A stretch of 64,000 nucleotides of DNA, from NCBI GenBank assembly GCA_035291665.1, contig DATDRP010000001.1, forward strand, positions 2,569-66,568. Reading direction: 5' to 3'. Made by a program: the position numbers and the translations under genes. Each line of letters opens with the position of its first letter. Within the stretch, counting starts at the first letter, position 1. The notes under the pieces are model-generated. The model saw only the letters and a list, made by a program, of their open reading frames with translations. It was not told where the DNA came from and did not search any database. Positions 60,390-64,000 of this stretch are shown here, piece after piece. The DNA comes from Patescibacteria group bacterium (GTDB taxonomy: Bacteria > Patescibacteriota > Microgenomatia > UBA8517).

Positions 60390-61511
60390 ATGTTTGCGTC
60401 AATTCTTACATTTATTATTGTTTTGTCCATATTGGTCTTGGTGCATGAATTCGGACACTACATTGTTGCAAAAAAAAGCGGTATTTTGGTGGAGGAATTC
60501 GGGTTGGGGCTTCCTTTTGCACCAAAAATATTCGGAAAAAAAATCGGCGAAACGACATATTCAATTTATCCAGTTCTCTTTGGCGGATTTGTCCGGCTAC
60601 ATGGTGAGCTGACCGAAGATGGAGTAACCGACCATAAACGCGCTTTTATAAACCAAAAAAGCTTTACAAAAGTAAAAGTGATAACTGCGGGTGTAATAAT
60701 GAACCTGATTTTAGGGATAGTGTGTTTTTCTATAATTTACAGCGTTCAGGGGATTCCAAAACCGGGTAATAATGTAACCATAATCGATGTTGCTCCCGGG
60801 ACGCCCGCTTCGGATGCGCAACTACCGAAAAATTCTATTGTTAAGAAAGTTAATTATGTGGAGGTAACCTCCGAAAAACTTTTTATTGAAGAAGTAGCAA
60901 AATTCAAAGGATCGGAAATATCATTGACACTGTTGCCTGAAAACTCGGAAGAATCGAAAGTGTTTAAGATTACTCCAAGGAGCGAGTATCCAGAAGGCCA
61001 GGGACCTTTGGGGATAGTAATTTCAACTCCTTATGAAACGTATTTTCCGCCAATCTGGCAAAGGCCATTCTTGGGAGTTTACTATGGATTTCAGGAAGCT
61101 TTCTTTTGGGGGTCGTCAATCGCACTTTCTCTCTTTGAACTCATAAAAAATCTTTTCAGCGGAATTGTGCCAAAAGGTTTGGCCGGACCGGCGGGGCTTT
61201 ATGTGATAACAGATGAAACGAGAAAAGCCGGGATATTACCTCTGATAAGTCTATTGGGGGTAGTTTCCATAAACTTGGCAATTTTGAATATTCTTCCGAT
61301 TCCCGCACTTGACGGCGGGCGGCTTTTATTCATTTTAATTGAGAAATTATTCGGTAGAAAAATTGTTCCGAAAGTAGAAGCAGCTATCCATGGCGTTGCG
61401 ATGGTTATCCTTGTAGGGCTGATGGTTTTGGTGACAATTAAGGAAGTCATAACTATCCGAAGAGTGGGTTTTTCAGGTTATTTAAACGAGGTGATGATGA
61501 GTGGTGAGTAG
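60390..61511 (+). CDS. rseP: RIP metalloprotease RseP (M50 + PDZ)
   Basis: HEFGH, EFGLG, GGFVRL, NILPIPALDGGR. Confidence 0.92.
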   Translation: MFASILTFIIVLSILVLVHEFGHYIVAKKSGILVEEFGLGLPFAPKIFGKKIGETTYSIYPVLFGGFVRLHGELTEDGVTDHKRAFINQKSFTKVKVITAGVIMNLILGIVCFSIIYSVQGIPKPGNNVTIIDVAPGTPASDAQLPKNSIVKKVNYVEVTSEKLFIEEVAKFKGSEISLTLLPENSEESKVFKITPRSEYPEGQGPLGIVISTPYETYFPPIWQRPFLGVYYGFQEAFFWGSSIALSLFELIKNLFSGIVPKGLAGPAGLYVITDETRKAGILPLISLLGVVSINLAILNILPIPALDGGRLLFILIEKLFGRKIVPKVEAAIHGVAMVILVGLMVLVTIKEVITIRRVGFSGYLNEVMMSGE

Positions 61512-61522
61512 AAATCTGTGTG

Positions 61523-61804
61523 TTACCTTGGGTGAGCATGGATACATATTTTTAAATTGTATTGTTTTGCATCTTCACTATTGAGTTGGCCATCAACAAA
61601 TTCGATTTTTGTATTAATACTTAAGTTTCCATGAAATATGCTTCCGGAGAAACAGTAAACATCTCCGTTTGTTAATGAAAAGGTTTCACAACAACCCACC
61701 AGACGTCTTTTAGGATCTTTTGTCGTGGTAACCGTGGCTTCCCGGGCTTCCAGGAAACTATTTAAAGGCCCCTTGCATTTTACGGGTGGAACAAATTCAG
61801 ACAT
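61523..61804 (-). CDS. small Cys-containing hypothetical protein
   Basis: Start taken at MSEFVPP; the longer ORF call runs through the MITE. Confidence 0.5.
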   Translation of the reverse strand: MSEFVPPVKCKGPLNSFLEAREATVTTTKDPKRRLVGCCETFSLTNGDVYCFSGSIFHGNLSINTKIEFVDGQLNSEDAKQYNLKICIHAHPR

Positions 61805-61821
61805 ATAGATTTCGATATTAT

Positions 61822-61948
61822 AACAGAAATCAAGAAATCCACACCCTTTAGGGCGTGGATGAATTGAACTCAGACCTGCCTGCCGGCGGGCACGGTATGT
61901 CATCCTCCTTAGGGAAACCCCCGAGTCTGACTCGGGGGAGGATGTCAT
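61822..61948 (+). mobile_element. Non-autonomous IS200/IS605-end element with nested REP-like hairpin
   Basis: After TTAT: caagaaatccacaccctttagggcgtggatgaattg; right end ccccgagtctgactcgggggaggatgtcat; nested cctgcctgccggcgggca. Confidence 0.75.
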
Positions 61949-62055
61949 AGGTTTTACTGATTTAAAATACAATTAAGATTTTATTATACTTAGCTTTTAT
62001 GTTAATAATTTGATATATTTTAAGCTGTCAAACAAAAAATAAGCCGTTTTTTTAT

Positions 62056-63279
62056 ATGAAACAATCAAAACTTTTTCCGAAAACAATAAAAAATGCTCCG
62101 AAAGACGCAGTAAGTGCCAACCACAAGTATTTGGTCAGGGCAGGCTTTATCGATCAGCTGATGGCGGGTTCCTGGACCATTCTTCCTTTGGGGTGGAAAG
62201 TTATCGATAAAATTATAAAGATTATCCGTGAAGAAATGAACGCAATAGGAGCGCAGGAAATGCTGATGCCTTTGATGCATCCGAAGGATATTTGGAATGA
62301 AACCGGCAGATGGGATAGTGCATCGGAAGTGATGTATCAGTTGAAAGATTCCAGGGATAAAGAATTTGCATTGTCATTTACGCACGAAGAGATTGTGATG
62401 GATCTTCTTCGTAAGCATATAAATTCCTACACTGATCTTCCGGTTGCCATTTACCACTTTTCGACAAAATTCAGAAACGAACCCCGTCCTACAGGCGGAA
62501 TTTTGCGGGGTAGAGAATTTTTAATGAAGGATTTGTACAGCGCCCATGCGACGGAAGAAGACCTTAAAGAATTTTATGAAATGGTTTCGGATGCCTATAT
62601 GAAAGTTTTTGAGAGGATTGGTTTTGAAACTTATATAACTGAGGCTGCCGGCGGTGTGTTTACAGAGAATCGAACACGGGAATTCCAGGTTGTTGCCGAC
62701 GCCGGCGAAGATACAATTTATATTCAAAAAGGTACAAAAAAAGCAATTAATAAGGAAGTTTTTGACAAAAACCTTATGGATTATGAGGAAAAAAGAGCTA
62801 TAGAGGTGGGAAATATTTTTCCTTTCGGGAATAAGAAGTATGCCGAAAAAATGAACGTAGGCTTCACCGACAAGGACGGACAAAAGAAATTAGTATATTT
62901 TGCTAGTTACGGAATTGGCGTCACCAGGTTACTGGGAACAATTGCTGAGGTATTTCACGATGACTCCGGATTAATTTGGCCTAAGGTTGTTACACCATTT
63001 GATGTCCATTTGCTTCAAATAGGTGGAAAAGATAACGGTGAAGTCGAGAAAAAGGCTGAAAATTTATATAAAAAATTAACCGATGACGGAATCGAAGTGT
63101 TGTGGGACGATAGGGATATTTCTGCCGGTGAAAAATTTGCCGATTGCGACTTAATCGGAATTCCGGTGCGGGTTGTTGTTTCAGAAAAGACCGAAGACAA
63201 GTTTGAATTCAAAAAAAGAGAAGATAAAGATTCATCAATTCTTTCTTATGACGAATTGCTGACCAAATTAAAGAGTTGA
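62056..63279 (+). CDS. proS: Proline--tRNA ligase (short, no editing domain)
   Basis: LVRAGFI, WNETGRW, FTHEE, KFRNEPRP.GGILRGREFLMKDLYS, IEVGNIF, SYGIGVTR. Confidence 0.97.
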   Translation: MKQSKLFPKTIKNAPKDAVSANHKYLVRAGFIDQLMAGSWTILPLGWKVIDKIIKIIREEMNAIGAQEMLMPLMHPKDIWNETGRWDSASEVMYQLKDSRDKEFALSFTHEEIVMDLLRKHINSYTDLPVAIYHFSTKFRNEPRPTGGILRGREFLMKDLYSAHATEEDLKEFYEMVSDAYMKVFERIGFETYITEAAGGVFTENRTREFQVVADAGEDTIYIQKGTKKAINKEVFDKNLMDYEEKRAIEVGNIFPFGNKKYAEKMNVGFTDKDGQKKLVYFASYGIGVTRLLGTIAEVFHDDSGLIWPKVVTPFDVHLLQIGGKDNGEVEKKAENLYKKLTDDGIEVLWDDRDISAGEKFADCDLIGIPVRVVVSEKTEDKFEFKKREDKDSSILSYDELLTKLKS

Positions 63280-63281
63280 AA

Positions 63282-64000
63282 GTGAATAATTTAAAACGCA
63301 GGAAAAAAGTGGTAGTTGTTGGTGGCGGAACGGGAACATTCACGATACTCTCAGGATTAAAAAAGTATCCCCAGCTTGATCTTTCTGTAATCGTTTCAAT
63401 GATGGATGACGGAGGAAGTAACCGTATCATCCGTGATGAATTCGGACTTCTGCCAACTTCTGATCTTCGTCAGTGCATGGTCGCGCTATCGGAAGAAAAA
63501 CCCGGTGATTTGCTGCGAAAGCTTTTTACTTACCGCTACAGTTCCGGAACCGGAATTTCCGGTATGACGTTCGGGAATCTTTTCATGGCGGCACTTGCCG
63601 ATATCTATTCCGATCAGCAAATTGCTATCGAAAAAACGTGTGAATTTTTGGACGTGAAAGGAAATATTATTCCGGTTACGTTTGACAAGACCCATCTTGT
63701 AGCCCGCTATTCAAACGGTAAACAGGTTCTTGGAGAACGCGATATTGACGAACCGGATGATGAGCTTGCGAAATATAAAATTATCGATCTTGAGGTTTTT
63801 CCTGAAGCAACTGTCAACCCCAAAGCAATTAAAGCGATTTCCGAAGCTGATTACATTATTTTCGGTCCCGGGGATTTGTACACAAGTATACTTCCAAACA
63901 TTTTAATCCAGGGGGTTGCAAAAGCGGTTATATATTCAGATGCGAAAAAAATATTCATTGTAAATCTTATGACAAAATACGGACAAACTTCAGGCTTCAA
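63282..64000 (+). CDS. yvcK: YvcK/UPF0052 (CofD-related) family protein, 3' truncated by window
   Basis: Manual translation: KVVVVGGGTG, MMDDGGS, LPTSDLR, GNL, FGPGDLYTSILPN. Confidence 0.88.
   Translation, partial: MNNLKRRKKVVVVGGGTGTFTILSGLKKYPQLDLSVIVSMMDDGGSNRIIRDEFGLLPTSDLRQCMVALSEEKPGDLLRKLFTYRYSSGTGISGMTFGNLFMAALADIYSDQQIAIEKTCEFLDVKGNIIPVTFDKTHLVARYSNGKQVLGERDIDEPDDELAKYKIIDLEVFPEATVNPKAIKAISEADYIIFGPGDLYTSILPNILIQGVAKAVIYSDAKKIFIVNLMTKYGQTSGF

Noticed and set aside
61805-61972. N-terminal part of the 149-aa minus-strand ORF
   Set aside because: Translation of the MITE; the real start is likely 61804.
4275-63695. Numerous antisense or alternate-frame ORFs in the track (e.g. 4275-4619, 10148-10537, 30971-31384, 57018-57596)
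   Set aside because: Shadows of well-supported genes with no independent motifs.
1-64000. Alternative genetic code (TGA=Gly/Trp)
   Set aside because: Conserved genes (rplJ, rplA, rnhB, tmk, proS) end at TGA and none show internal TGA.

Overview
64 kb of AT-rich bacterial chromosome, standard code (tRNA-Trp CCA; TGA used as stop). Gene content points to Patescibacteria/CPR, probably Microgenomates (inference from short EF-Ts, N-terminally extended L1, tandem-domain ThyX, short ProRS, CPR-type pilin and Pro/Thr-linker surface proteins). Core genes: rplL-rplJ, rplA-rplK, nusG-secE, rnhB, rpsU, rpmG, queA, rpmB, fmt-def, mreB-mrdA, dprA-topA, dcd/thyX/tmk/glyA/folD, rpsB-tsf-frr-rseP-proS-yvcK, and 4 tRNAs. 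These are interleaved with many orphan ORFs. Most interesting signals: (1) a 32-bp palindrome (14-4-14) in 5 dispersed copies, one overlapping the start codon of a TrpR/YerC-like HTH gene and one just downstream of it; (2) an integrase-free, integron-like array of single accessory genes separated by repeated tRNA-T-loop-like att sites and anchored at tRNA-Trp; (3) a divergent RpoD-type sigma factor paired with a ParB-N/HTH protein; (4) seven co-oriented non-autonomous IS200/IS605-end elements, one splitting a leader-peptide attenuator; (5) 7-9-nt periodic hairpins inserted into the L10 leader and into housekeeping ORFs. All family assignments are from motif recognition by eye; no searches were run.
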